From assembly GCA_029940695.1 (NCBI GenBank), contig JAPYUP010000005.1:1120-65119 (forward strand): a stretch of DNA of 64,000 bases. The letters are read 5' to 3'. A program made the translations under genes and the position numbers. The notes below the pieces were generated by a model, which saw only the letters and a list, made by a program, of their open reading frames with translations, ran no database searches and was not told where the DNA came from. Below are positions 30,701 through 38,212 of the stretch, one piece after another. This DNA is from Candidatus Thalassarchaeaceae archaeon. Its GTDB lineage: Archaea; Thermoplasmatota; Poseidoniia; Poseidoniales; Thalassarchaeaceae. Every line of letters begins with the position of its first letter. Position 1 is the stretch's first letter.

Positions 30701-32167
30701 ATTGGACAACGAGCCTGCCGGCATGCCTCTGAACCAACCCTTTGTGTCGGTAACGTTGCCAAAGTTCCCGTCTGACTCAGATGGGGGTAGATTCGATCTG
30801 TTCTCATGGAAGTGGATGTGCAAGTCAGCCCTCTCATCGGCCCAGTACTCGATTGTGGTGAGGCTGCGCTCGCCCTCCATGCCCGTCGAGGTAGGGAGCA
30901 CGCTGTCGGTTCGGATGACGACCTCGGCCGAGTTTGGGATTACGACCGAATCGCGATGTGGATGAAGCCTAGCCTCTATGTAGGCAAGTTCCCAAATTTC
31001 CCTGTTCCCATTCTCGTTAGGTGGTGAAAAGTGCAGGTAGCCGAATCCTGCAGACACACCGCATGATATCTCTATCGAAGGCTTGGAATGGAGTTCGGAA
31101 GAGTTGTAGCGATTCGGGCAGTCGGACTGGCCGGAGTTTTCCAATCTCAGGGCAAATGGTGACGATATTGCCGCGAATGCGATGCCAGACTCAATGATAT
31201 CCTCCGTTCCGGTATTGAGAAGGCCCAAAGTCAGAATGGTAATCAAATCGATACCTGCGGATGAGGTGTCAAAGTAGAAACGCTCGATTCCAACCTCGAA
31301 CTCAAAGTCGTACGGTGCCGTGGTAAATCTCGAGTCAATCACCCAGATGTAGCTCTCACCATCCCCAAGAGCCAGGATTGAATCCGAACCCGAGTATGAC
31401 ATGGCCTTGATGATTGAGACCTGCAGCGAATCAAGGTCATCCCAGTCTGGGTCGTTCCGACTGTCCTCCAGAACCTGCACCGAGAACACAATGCCCGGTT
31501 CGATCCAAAGCGTGTCGCCCACAAGTCCCCAGCCTCCAATAAACTCCCACGAAATCTTCAGGCCGACCTGGATGTCGTCGTCACCGTCATCATCGATGTC
31601 GATTGCGTGGAGTAGCGGCTCCGTTTGCAGGTCGAACAAGGAAAGCAGGGATGCACTGAATGTTACCACCTCAACCTGTTCGGTGACGTTGCCGCTGCTG
31701 TTAGTATACTGTGTCCAAATCACGTAGTCCGTGATATTAAACAGCGTCTGCCATATGTTGTCGACGAAGCCGGGGGGTCTGCTACTGGAATCAATCAGCA
31801 GTTCGTACGGTGCTGGATGTATGGGAGTTGGGGGTGAGGTCTCGAGCATGGCAGCTCCCTCAACCGCTAATCCGACCAAGGATAGGGGGTCCGAGGAGTC
31901 GGACGGCCCCACAGCTTCACGAACAGCATCGATTCTCGGCTGAGCGAGGGTAGAGACCGAGTTTGAGTTCAGGATCTCCTGTCGCTCAGAGAGCATGTCA
32001 GTCAGTTCTTCAAGAATCTCGAAGTCTTGGGATTCTATCCTAACCTCGCCATTGACGCTGGAGAGAGGGGAAAACAGGGTAAGAACTAGCATTGCGGTCA
32101 GTAGTAGGGTGAGGTGGGTGGGACCACGAGGTACCCGAGAGTCGCCTTCAACATCGCTCATATCCAA
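27788..32167 (-). CDS. Giant (about 1459 aa) secreted/N-terminally anchored protein with no recognisable domains
   Basis: Start is TTG at 32167 or ATG at 32161. N-terminal hydrophobic segment LTLLLTAMLVLTLFSPLSS, then a Ser/Thr/Asn/Asp-rich sequence without catalytic motifs. GGAGGTG Shine-Dalgarno lies inside a perfect hairpin just upstream. Lowest GC of the window (about 40% in spot checks). Confidence 0.7.
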   Translation of the reverse strand: MDMSDVEGDSRVPRGPTHLTLLLTAMLVLTLFSPLSSVNGEVRIESQDFEILEELTDMLSERQEILNSNSVSTLAQPRIDAVREAVGPSDSSDPLSLVGLAVEGAAMLETSPPTPIHPAPYELLIDSSSRPPGFVDNIWQTLFNITDYVIWTQYTNSSGNVTEQVEVVTFSASLLSLFDLQTEPLLHAIDIDDDGDDDIQVGLKISWEFIGGWGLVGDTLWIEPGIVFSVQVLEDSRNDPDWDDLDSLQVSIIKAMSYSGSDSILALGDGESYIWVIDSRFTTAPYDFEFEVGIERFYFDTSSAGIDLITILTLGLLNTGTEDIIESGIAFAAISSPFALRLENSGQSDCPNRYNSSELHSKPSIEISCGVSAGFGYLHFSPPNENGNREIWELAYIEARLHPHRDSVVIPNSAEVVIRTDSVLPTSTGMEGERSLTTIEYWADERADLHIHFHENRSNLPPSESDGNFGNVTDTKGWFRGMPAGSLSNNEISRIFRMLGSADSPELPGGLPEKLGLIIGIKNFTRDTSQNVDDPTLPINPAYPPNSLVVLRSEQSLESVDYTSWFTRGGLEEDHRRIKITASSIPTAIAVFGSFGLGGSEDPDTSLDSTENLDFFSKIMDSVILNIVDLFLDVGNVLNEIPSSMVEVIGGGVGGGDGLDGRSFHLLLTDNWRESRSFYPIQSLSMQIGSSKHPIVPGDHVILAQDRGLNTIQTDHGPVDPLVPVAASIRLSMLQAFSFVDSDNSDEQSISLDTQSNKSLSVTFINHDTGQINGSSYQSIMLSDLPDNISVRITPNGMEYSASTPIASIVYTGMDGKQSQAARISGFPAAFTTTSGNAFSWSSPSEITEIEVQLSNSSSPLSMSGDHFLFHHDPSTDASTLSSRISGLSEVGWIPPQVEGASGSAGMGSAYATFGTSNPFMINVGNAPTSERSPLTVLAEIDPLPSTVSLQIPTGSQSGPSLVIPQLNSSSGLSGIAFFIGGFADLGRSVNSVLAGITTDISTGSVSGEDGFSFGLGMEADTEFDLVVDSSMGEQVVEDPDWVHGMSLNSAPSGIADGFHFRTWIPNLPPTIDLSISRTATTNGQSWAVSLGLDGWKPQHSEFIFVYKDINGQDLFVTLEGLEPGVSTSLLLDSVFNIDTVGGITEVSTSTLYRMSTRLDWFHALLIDREAGSRTEMMVQDIPESVEIQASLGTALSIDMTVPEQYRTDGFGVGSIMLQQMQWMDGSWWPATMFLTEVPGSMNLTTEPDLNFDITQNIAFQGMPILDFSASREGMSLYIEALGRAINSRGDIVLLAEGMSDRLVIKPTTSYGLNVRSGGDGVDRLYMRATNVPTMPPIVLEEMEALGENLKSATIHVREIIGAYSVIEIEEVQGGRIIVSARASATFNNRDFDLRGVLLDAQTTGGVPSGTTLGVNGLASDLSLLNMVPGFSGTTSHIMAPEPLSSGIFTLVATLWGDG

Positions 32168-32252
32168 GTCGCACCTCCTAGAGGTGCGCTATATGGTATT
32201 GCCCTGCCCGTACTCGGGACTATCGGAGTTTGAACCGAATACCGGAACGCGG

Positions 32253-34460
32253 TCATCCAAGGCTCACGAGCTCCTCGGAACCACAGTAAGGACAGTTAGT
32301 GTAGGCAGAGTCTATGCCTTCAGGAAGCTCTAGGTCAAACGGTCGACTGCATGACGAACACTCCCTCCTGACCTTCCTGTCGACAATTGTCTCAGGCTCG
32401 GAATCTTCTGGCTCCTCAGTAAGACCGGTCAGTACATCGTCCTCGGTCGGCGACAAGCCCGCTCGCTCGAGGGGGTATTGAACTGAAATCTGATCTGCCG
32501 TATCCATGTCAATCGGCGATACCATGTCAATCGTCTGTCGGGACGGGGGTTGGAAGGGAGACTCATCGGAACCCCCCCACATTGCAACTTGGGCCCCCTT
32601 CAACGATGATTCTGAACTAGGATCATCAGCCCCCTCGTCTTCAGAGATGTTCGAAACCCTACGCTTGACTGCTAGGTTGAATGCCACGAAACCGCCAAGG
32701 GACAGAAGCAGGAGTACAATGACTGCGATTAGAGCGATCGAAAACGGACCCAGCCCCCCCTGGCCATCCCCCTCACTCTCGACAATTACCAGCATCTCAG
32801 CCACGGACACCAGTCCCGCTTCGTTCTCCACCTGGCAGACGACGTATTGCGGACCTACGGTCGCGAAGATGTAAATGACTTGAGGGCCGCTGAATTGTAC
32901 CTCATTAGCTGTTCCCTGTTCAAAGATCCACGTGTACTCGAGCCTTTCGGACTCCGAGTCCTCGGCCATTAGATGAAACTCTGTTGGAACTCCGACTTTG
33001 ACCTTCAACTCTTCTTGTAATGTGCCGATAGCTGGGGGGGTAACGTCGATGATGGTGATGGTAACATCGTCCTGCGAGCTCCTGCCGGCCCTGTCGTTCA
33101 CACGCAGGGAGATGACATGATTACCGGCAGCATAATCTGTGGAGATGTCGAAACTCAGGGTCGAACTGGGTTCAGTGACGCTGTAGTTCGATTCGATTAC
33201 CACGTCGTCGAGTAGCCAGTCAAGACTATCGACACCCCAATTGTCAGTGAACGTGCCACTTAGGACGATGTTCTCGCCGAATCCCTTGAGGATCTGTCCC
33301 CCTGCTCCAATCGTCACAATTGGGTCGGAGATATCCTGAACCTGAATTTCTCTGGTTGAACTAGCGCTTCTGGAGTCTACTGACATCACGGATAGCCTGA
33401 TTGTATAGTTTCCTGGACTGTCCCATGAATGGGAAGTGGTCGGCCCTGTAGCATCTGCTAAACCATCCCCGTCGATATCCCATGAGAATCCAGATTCAGG
33501 GATCTGGTTGGACTTGTTTGGAGTATCTAGTGCTGAGAGGGTGATGGTTGCACCGACGTCAACCGAATCCAATGAAGGCTCGCTGGAGATCGTTGGGTCA
33601 AGTACGGGGGTGAGGGTGATGGTTACCGTCACACCCGCAGGTGCGGTGCCCGCACCTCCCCCACCTGGTCCTGGACGATTGTCTACAATGACATAGATAT
33701 CCTCGCCATTCGTATTGGTGGCCTCCCACGGAAGGTACCTCTCGTTGGTCACGAGGAGCATATCAGCGGAAACTATCCTCGAGGCAGCGGACCAGTTGAC
33801 GCTGGGGGAGTAGAGAGAGTAGGCAGATTCGGTCATCACGAAGATATCGGGATAGCCCTCCATCGTCCTCGCGTGAATCTCAACGAACGTTCCGTCGTCC
33901 ACGGAGAACGGGCCGTACGCTATCGCGTAGCCACCCACCCCTACCCGATGGATTGAATCCGAGAGAGTGTACTGCTGGGGGAAGACCGTCCCGCCATCGA
34001 GGGAGACTTCCGCGGATTGGCCGCCTTGTGCTCCTTCTCCTCCGTCTTGGGGATGTTCGCGGTTGTCCAGAACCAGATACCATCTCGTCTCCTCTCTATC
34101 GCTGGGAACCGTCCAATGCCATTCGCCCGAGCCGCTGAATAACTCGAATACCGATTCGCTCTGCCAAATGGAAGTCGAGCGGTATGACTGCTCGTTCTGG
34201 TATACTGAAACGCTGTTCGCTGAGAACATCAGGATGTCAATCTCCCGATTAGTCGACACTTCAAAGAACAGGGTTGTGCCGGGCTTCTGGATTCCAAGAT
34301 CGACCCTGACGCAAGTCTGGTCTGCCATGCTCCAATTGTCAGGAAGCGAGGCAAGTTCGGAGTTGGCGCACGAGATGACTCCCTTCGGACTGGCGTTAAC
34401 TGTCGAAGCCAATGAGCTCAGGACAAGGATGCCCACAACGACGACGTATGCCCAACGCAT
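32253..34460 (-). CDS. Surface protein with PKD domains, single TM helix and a cytoplasmic C-terminal C4 zinc ribbon
   Basis: 735 aa with signal peptide. PKD-type motif FSWDIDGDGLADATGPTTSHSWDSPGNYTIRLSV plus a second Ig-like repeat. TM helix FSIALIAVIVLLLLSLGGFVAF, an acidic cytoplasmic linker, then terminal CSSCSRPF...x14...CPYCGSEEL. Confidence 0.75.
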   Translation of the reverse strand: MRWAYVVVVGILVLSSLASTVNASPKGVISCANSELASLPDNWSMADQTCVRVDLGIQKPGTTLFFEVSTNREIDILMFSANSVSVYQNEQSYRSTSIWQSESVFELFSGSGEWHWTVPSDREETRWYLVLDNREHPQDGGEGAQGGQSAEVSLDGGTVFPQQYTLSDSIHRVGVGGYAIAYGPFSVDDGTFVEIHARTMEGYPDIFVMTESAYSLYSPSVNWSAASRIVSADMLLVTNERYLPWEATNTNGEDIYVIVDNRPGPGGGGAGTAPAGVTVTITLTPVLDPTISSEPSLDSVDVGATITLSALDTPNKSNQIPESGFSWDIDGDGLADATGPTTSHSWDSPGNYTIRLSVMSVDSRSASSTREIQVQDISDPIVTIGAGGQILKGFGENIVLSGTFTDNWGVDSLDWLLDDVVIESNYSVTEPSSTLSFDISTDYAAGNHVISLRVNDRAGRSSQDDVTITIIDVTPPAIGTLQEELKVKVGVPTEFHLMAEDSESERLEYTWIFEQGTANEVQFSGPQVIYIFATVGPQYVVCQVENEAGLVSVAEMLVIVESEGDGQGGLGPFSIALIAVIVLLLLSLGGFVAFNLAVKRRVSNISEDEGADDPSSESSLKGAQVAMWGGSDESPFQPPSRQTIDMVSPIDMDTADQISVQYPLERAGLSPTEDDVLTGLTEEPEDSEPETIVDRKVRRECSSCSRPFDLELPEGIDSAYTNCPYCGSEELVSLG

Positions 34461-34500
34461 CGAGCGACCGTTCGCCCTTGCCTTATGAACGGTATCGCAG
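34461..34500 (-). promoter_or_regulatory. Putative promoter of the surface-protein operon: TATA-like TTCATAAGG centred about 25 nt upstream of the ATG, enclosed by a 7-bp inverted repeat
   Basis: Minus-strand sense reads ACCGTTC-ATAAGGCAAGGGC-GAACGGT. The perfect 7-bp inverted repeat lies at 34468-34474 and 34488-34494. Spacing to the ATG at 34460 fits a leaderless archaeal transcript. Confidence 0.3.
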
Positions 34501-34535
34501 TCGCGTTCGGCTCCTGATTGTGCCGGACAAGCGAA

Positions 34536-34817
34536 TCAGAGGTTTCGAGGGATTGGGGTTGGTGGGAACCAACGCAGGACGACCACGTCGCCGATAGAGC
34601 GCACCCAGTTCCATGGAATTGCCACATGAGTCCGCCCTTCCACGAGACCTTCTGGGGGGTCCGAGACGAAGATGTGCGTGCACGACCACTCGTTGACGTC
34701 AATCACGGTGTCGTGCACCGTACCAAGCAACCTGCCATCGGGGATTATCACGGGTAGTCCCCTTATGTCGGAGGCGTGACGGTCTGCCATCGGTGGCTGC
34801 CGCTCAGCATCGCGCAT
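34536..34817 (-). CDS. PRC-barrel domain protein
   Basis: PRC-barrel-like sequence IIPDGRLLGTVHDTVIDVNEW...VAIPWNWVRSIGDVVVL. The listed ORF (to 34934) overlaps L15e, so internal Met starts at 34817 or 34790 are preferred. Confidence 0.5.
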   Translation of the reverse strand: MRDAERQPPMADRHASDIRGLPVIIPDGRLLGTVHDTVIDVNEWSCTHIFVSDPPEGLVEGRTHVAIPWNWVRSIGDVVVLRWFPPTPIPRNL

Positions 34818-34839
34818 CAATATGACGGCCGTAGCGGGC

Positions 34840-35427
34840 TCACTTGCCCCTGTTCTTGTTCGCCTTGAGGCTCGGTCGGAGCTTCTCCGCACCCTTGCCC
34901 TTGTTATGCAGTCCTCGCCCTCTCTTTCCGGCACTCGTCTTGCCTCTGTGGGCCCGACCGCGGTGGCTGGAGCCTTTTGCTACCCAGCCCAAGTCCTTGT
35001 CGGACTTGATTGCTGGGTGAGAAGGATCAACGAGAATAACCTCGTAGAACTTGTTCTTTCCGTCCTCTCCAACCCAGTAAGAGTTGAGGACTTCGAGGTT
35101 TGGGTAGCGCGTGCTGGTTCGCTCCTCGGCTATTCTCTGAATTGACTTGGCCATCGTGATTTTCTTGACACCCGCCTTGGATGGCTTCCTCTTCATGTGG
35201 ACCTTTCCCTTGCGCAGACCTCCGCGACGCACTCTGGTGCGAACTAGGACGATGCCTTGCTTGGCCTTGTAGCCGACTCTGCGGGCGGCATCCAACCGTG
35301 TCGGTCGCTCGATGCGCTGGAACACGGGTTCCTTGCGCCATCCCGCCATCCTAGCAGTGCGGTATCGAGGAGGAAGGTTCGCCTTCGGTTGTTTCCAGAC
35401 ATTGCGAATGTGTTGATGCAGACCCAT
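34840..35427 (-). CDS. rpl15e: 50S ribosomal protein L15e
   Basis: 195 aa with MGLHQHIRNVWKQP... and the basic C-terminal tail, clear L15e family. Confidence 0.9.
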   Translation of the reverse strand: MGLHQHIRNVWKQPKANLPPRYRTARMAGWRKEPVFQRIERPTRLDAARRVGYKAKQGIVLVRTRVRRGGLRKGKVHMKRKPSKAGVKKITMAKSIQRIAEERTSTRYPNLEVLNSYWVGEDGKNKFYEVILVDPSHPAIKSDKDLGWVAKGSSHRGRAHRGKTSAGKRGRGLHNKGKGAEKLRPSLKANKNRGK

Positions 35428-35466
35428 AGGCTCACCTCTAGCGGCTCGCCGACCTTAATCGCCTTT

Positions 35467-35904
35467 ATGAGCCTGCTTGCATATGCGGATGCGGTGATTG
35501 AACAGCACGTCGATATCGACCTCGTTGAGCACGACTCGCTGCGAGGTCACGAAGAAATTATTCCGGCTAACCTGGACGAGAGAATAAAGAAAATTCTGAA
35601 CATGGGATTCTACAAGCCCATCATCGTCGATACGACGACCATGGTGATTCTCGACGGTCACCACAAATGGGCCGCTGCAAGGGTGCTGGAACTAGACAAG
35701 GTGCCCGTGGTGAGTGTCGACTATCTGGGAAACACCTCTATTATTGTGGATGTCTGGCCTGACTGCGGAAAGGATTCCATCACCAAGCAAGAGGTAATCG
35801 AAATGGGTCTGTCCGAGGGTGTCTTCCCACCTAAGACTAGTCGGCACAGCTTCGCCTTTGAAATTCCGGTAATCCAAATCCCCCTCGCTACGCTGAAGTC
35901 ATAG
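35467..35904 (+). CDS. ParB/sulfiredoxin-like domain protein
   Basis: ILDGHHKWAAARVLELDKVPVV resembles the ParB-like nuclease/Srx fold core. Listed ORF starts at 35257 and overlaps L15e on the other strand; first non-overlapping ATG is 35467 (alternative 35416). Confidence 0.4.
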   Translation: MSLLAYADAVIEQHVDIDLVEHDSLRGHEEIIPANLDERIKKILNMGFYKPIIVDTTTMVILDGHHKWAAARVLELDKVPVVSVDYLGNTSIIVDVWPDCGKDSITKQEVIEMGLSEGVFPPKTSRHSFAFEIPVIQIPLATLKS

Positions 35905-36008
35905 TGGTCCGCGCTCCCGGACTTGAACCGGGGACCCCCTGATGGCTGCCTACAACCAAGTGTTTCCAGTCTACAGTCAGGTGCTCTAGCCAACTGAGCT
36001 AAGCGCGG
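35905..36008 (-). tRNA. tRNA-Tyr (anticodon GUA) with a ~27-nt intron at the canonical 37/38 position; CCA encoded
   Basis: Reverse complement folds as acceptor CCGCGCU/AGCGCGG, D-arm GCUC-AGUUGGCUA-GAGC, anticodon stem CCUGA/UCAGG, loop CUGUAG^A interrupted by ACUGGAAACACUUGGUUGUAGGCAGCC, T-arm CCCGG-UUCAAGU-CCGGG, discriminator A, CCA. Confidence 0.7.
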
Positions 36009-36164
36009 TCCAACCAGTGGAGCGACTTCCTCCTTATCTCGCTTTCCGGAGACCCTTGCATAATCGACTCGGTGACTCCCCCCCATCCCTCAAGGTTAAG
36101 AAGTCCAAGAAAGGCACTTCGTGACCGTAGGCAGCGATGCCGGGGATGCACTGGGGTAAGACGG

Positions 36165-37280
36165 ATGGTAGAGACGCCGGCGTCAGCGATAGACCAGATT
36201 CCAGACGGCAGGATTCCGACCGCTCTCGTCGACCAGGAGCTCGAGTCTTTCGGGACCCCCGACCCACGTATTCTGGTCTGCGGTTGCGGCGGCTCTGGCA
36301 ACAACACGATGAATCGGATCACGCACATCGGAGTGGAGGGTGCCGTCACCGTCGCCATCAACACCGACAAGCAGCACCTCGACCACACCAGAGCGATGCA
36401 GAAGCTGCTGGTGGGCAGGCACATCACGAGGGGGCTCGGAGCCGGCGGTGACCCCGTCACCGGACGGCGCTGCGCCGAGGCCGGTCGAGACGTCATCTCC
36501 AAGATAGTCGGCGGTGCCGACCTCGTCTTCGTCACCGCCGGTCTGGGCGGTGGAACCGGAACCGGCATCGCGCCGATAGTCGCAGAGGAGGCCAAGCGCT
36601 CCGGAGCCCTGGTCGTAGCAGTCGTCACAACCCCATTCACGGTCGAGCGACGACAGCGTATGCAGCGGGCGCTCGAGGGTCTCGATCTGCTCAGGAAGGC
36701 CGCGGACGCAGTGCTCGTACTCGATAACAACAGGCTGCTGCACTTCGTCCCGAACCTGCCTCTGGAGGAGGCCTTCAGCATCATGGACCAGCTCATCGCG
36801 GAGATAGTCAAGGGAGTGGTCGAGACCATCACCCTGCCGAGCCTGATCAACCTCGACTTCGCCGACGTACGCTCGATCATGAAGGGTGGTGGTGTGACCA
36901 TGATGCTCTATGGAGAGAGCGATCAGGGGCCCGAGGAGGTCGTGCACGAGTCATTGAATCACCCGTTGCTCGATATCGAGATTGATGGCGCCACAGGGGC
37001 ACTGATTCACGTCACTGGCGGCCCCTACATGACCCTAGAGCAGGCCAATCAGGTCTGCGACCTGATGACGGCTAGGTTGTCCCCGAACGCCAATGTCATC
37101 TTCGGTGCCAGGCAGGACCCTGCCTTCGGAGACACAATCAAGGTCATGTCAATCATCACTGGAGTGGCCCACGAGCGGCTCGATAGAGAGATGATGAACG
37201 CCGACATGCTCGGTGATGCGCTCAACATCGCTAGAAGGACGCGAGAGCGGCCCGGCAGCGGTTTCCAGAGGTTCGATTAG
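36165..37280 (+). CDS. ftsZ: Cell division GTPase FtsZ
   Basis: GCGGSGNN, NTDKQHL, GGDPVTG, GLGGGTGTG and DNNRLL motifs. Listed ORF starts at GTG 36072; first ATG (MVETPAS...) is at 36165. Confidence 0.85.
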   Translation: MVETPASAIDQIPDGRIPTALVDQELESFGTPDPRILVCGCGGSGNNTMNRITHIGVEGAVTVAINTDKQHLDHTRAMQKLLVGRHITRGLGAGGDPVTGRRCAEAGRDVISKIVGGADLVFVTAGLGGGTGTGIAPIVAEEAKRSGALVVAVVTTPFTVERRQRMQRALEGLDLLRKAADAVLVLDNNRLLHFVPNLPLEEAFSIMDQLIAEIVKGVVETITLPSLINLDFADVRSIMKGGGVTMMLYGESDQGPEEVVHESLNHPLLDIEIDGATGALIHVTGGPYMTLEQANQVCDLMTARLSPNANVIFGARQDPAFGDTIKVMSIITGVAHERLDREMMNADMLGDALNIARRTRERPGSGFQRFD

Positions 37281-37290
37281 GAGCACGAGG

Positions 37291-37309
37291 GGGGATAAGC
37301 CTCAAACGG
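37291..37309 (+). promoter_or_regulatory. Conserved upstream element GGGATAAsCCTCAAACG shared by the two PGF-CTERM paralogues (copy 1)
   Basis: GATTaggagCACGAGggGGGATAAgCCTCAAACG at 37275-37308 versus GATTcgactcaCACGAGatGGGATAAcCTCAAACG at 38166-38189. Each lies 14-24 nt upstream of the respective ATG. Confidence 0.4.
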
Positions 37310-37321
37310 GTGTCTCTAGGG

Positions 37322-38140
37322 ATGATTGCCATGGAAAGAGGAATAATTGCCTTCAGTGTCGCGATTCTTTTTCTCTCTTCCACCTCCATCGTGCCCGCCT
37401 CTGCCCAGGCTGCTGAGGACCCCAAGCAGCCTTCCGTGGACAACCCCCACATGCACTTGTGGGGCACAGACGACCTGTCATCATGCTGGACCCACTTCGA
37501 CAGTAACGATTCTTCAGGCTCGGCAGAGAGCGGCTACGGGGAGCAGATATTCGGTGATGGCCAGCAAGTCTCCGTCGACTACACATGCTCGATGCAGGAC
37601 ACTTTCCTTCAGGACATGTACCTGAATTCCAATGGCACTATTGAGGTCGACTTAGTCGTCAACATTTGGTCGGGAGATTGCGACCAAGGCTCGGAGTGCA
37701 AGAACCTGACCCTGACGCTATACCAAGGAAACATCCAGGTAGCTCAGAAGGAGTTCCAAGCGGTTGACAACAACGGCAACGATGAGATGATTTCCTGGGA
37801 CATTCCGGTTGACCAGAATACCACGAGGTGGAACAAGAGCAGCGAGGAACCTCGGTTACAAGTCGAGTTCTCGTGGCCAGGTTACAATGGCATTGATTGC
37901 ATCCTCCCATTCGTTGACTGCTCTGGTTCGTTCAGGATGTACTACGAGAACAACGAGGACGGGAACGATGCGACTGTCAATTTCCCAGTGGTGAATATGA
38001 CCGAGGCTGGTCCGAACGGAGAGGGTCCTGTGGATGGTGAAGATGACGAAGGATTCCTGCCTGGATTCGGCCTTCTTGCCGGCCTTGGCACGCTTGCCCT
38101 AGCGTCAGTGACTAGTCGATCAAGGACCGAAGAACATTAG
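37322..38140 (+). CDS. Secreted Cys-containing glycoprotein-like protein with PGF-CTERM archaeosortase sorting signal (paralogue 1)
   Basis: Signal peptide (AILFLSSTSIVPASAQA), several NxS/T sequons, conserved Cys pairs, then C-terminal LPGFGLLAGLGTLALASVTSRSRTEEH, which is PGF motif plus TM plus basic tail. Confidence 0.8.
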   Translation: MIAMERGIIAFSVAILFLSSTSIVPASAQAAEDPKQPSVDNPHMHLWGTDDLSSCWTHFDSNDSSGSAESGYGEQIFGDGQQVSVDYTCSMQDTFLQDMYLNSNGTIEVDLVVNIWSGDCDQGSECKNLTLTLYQGNIQVAQKEFQAVDNNGNDEMISWDIPVDQNTTRWNKSSEEPRLQVEFSWPGYNGIDCILPFVDCSGSFRMYYENNEDGNDATVNFPVVNMTEAGPNGEGPVDGEDDEGFLPGFGLLAGLGTLALASVTSRSRTEEH

Positions 38141-38173
38141 TCAGCCCCCCTACGGATTCGACTCACACGAGAT

Positions 38174-38190
38174 GGGATAACCTCAAACGA
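38174..38190 (+). promoter_or_regulatory. Conserved upstream element, copy 2
   Basis: See copy 1; GGGATAACCTCAAACG at 38174-38189. Confidence 0.4.
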
Positions 38191-38212
38191 AGCGTTTCTC
38201 GTGCGGTTTCCG

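Noticed and set aside
35999-36947. Minus-strand ORFs 35999..36901 (300 aa) and 36183..36947 (254 aa)
   Set aside because: They are antisense to ftsZ, which has the complete tubulin/FtsZ signature. Their composition is Arg/Pro/Ser-rich with no motifs.
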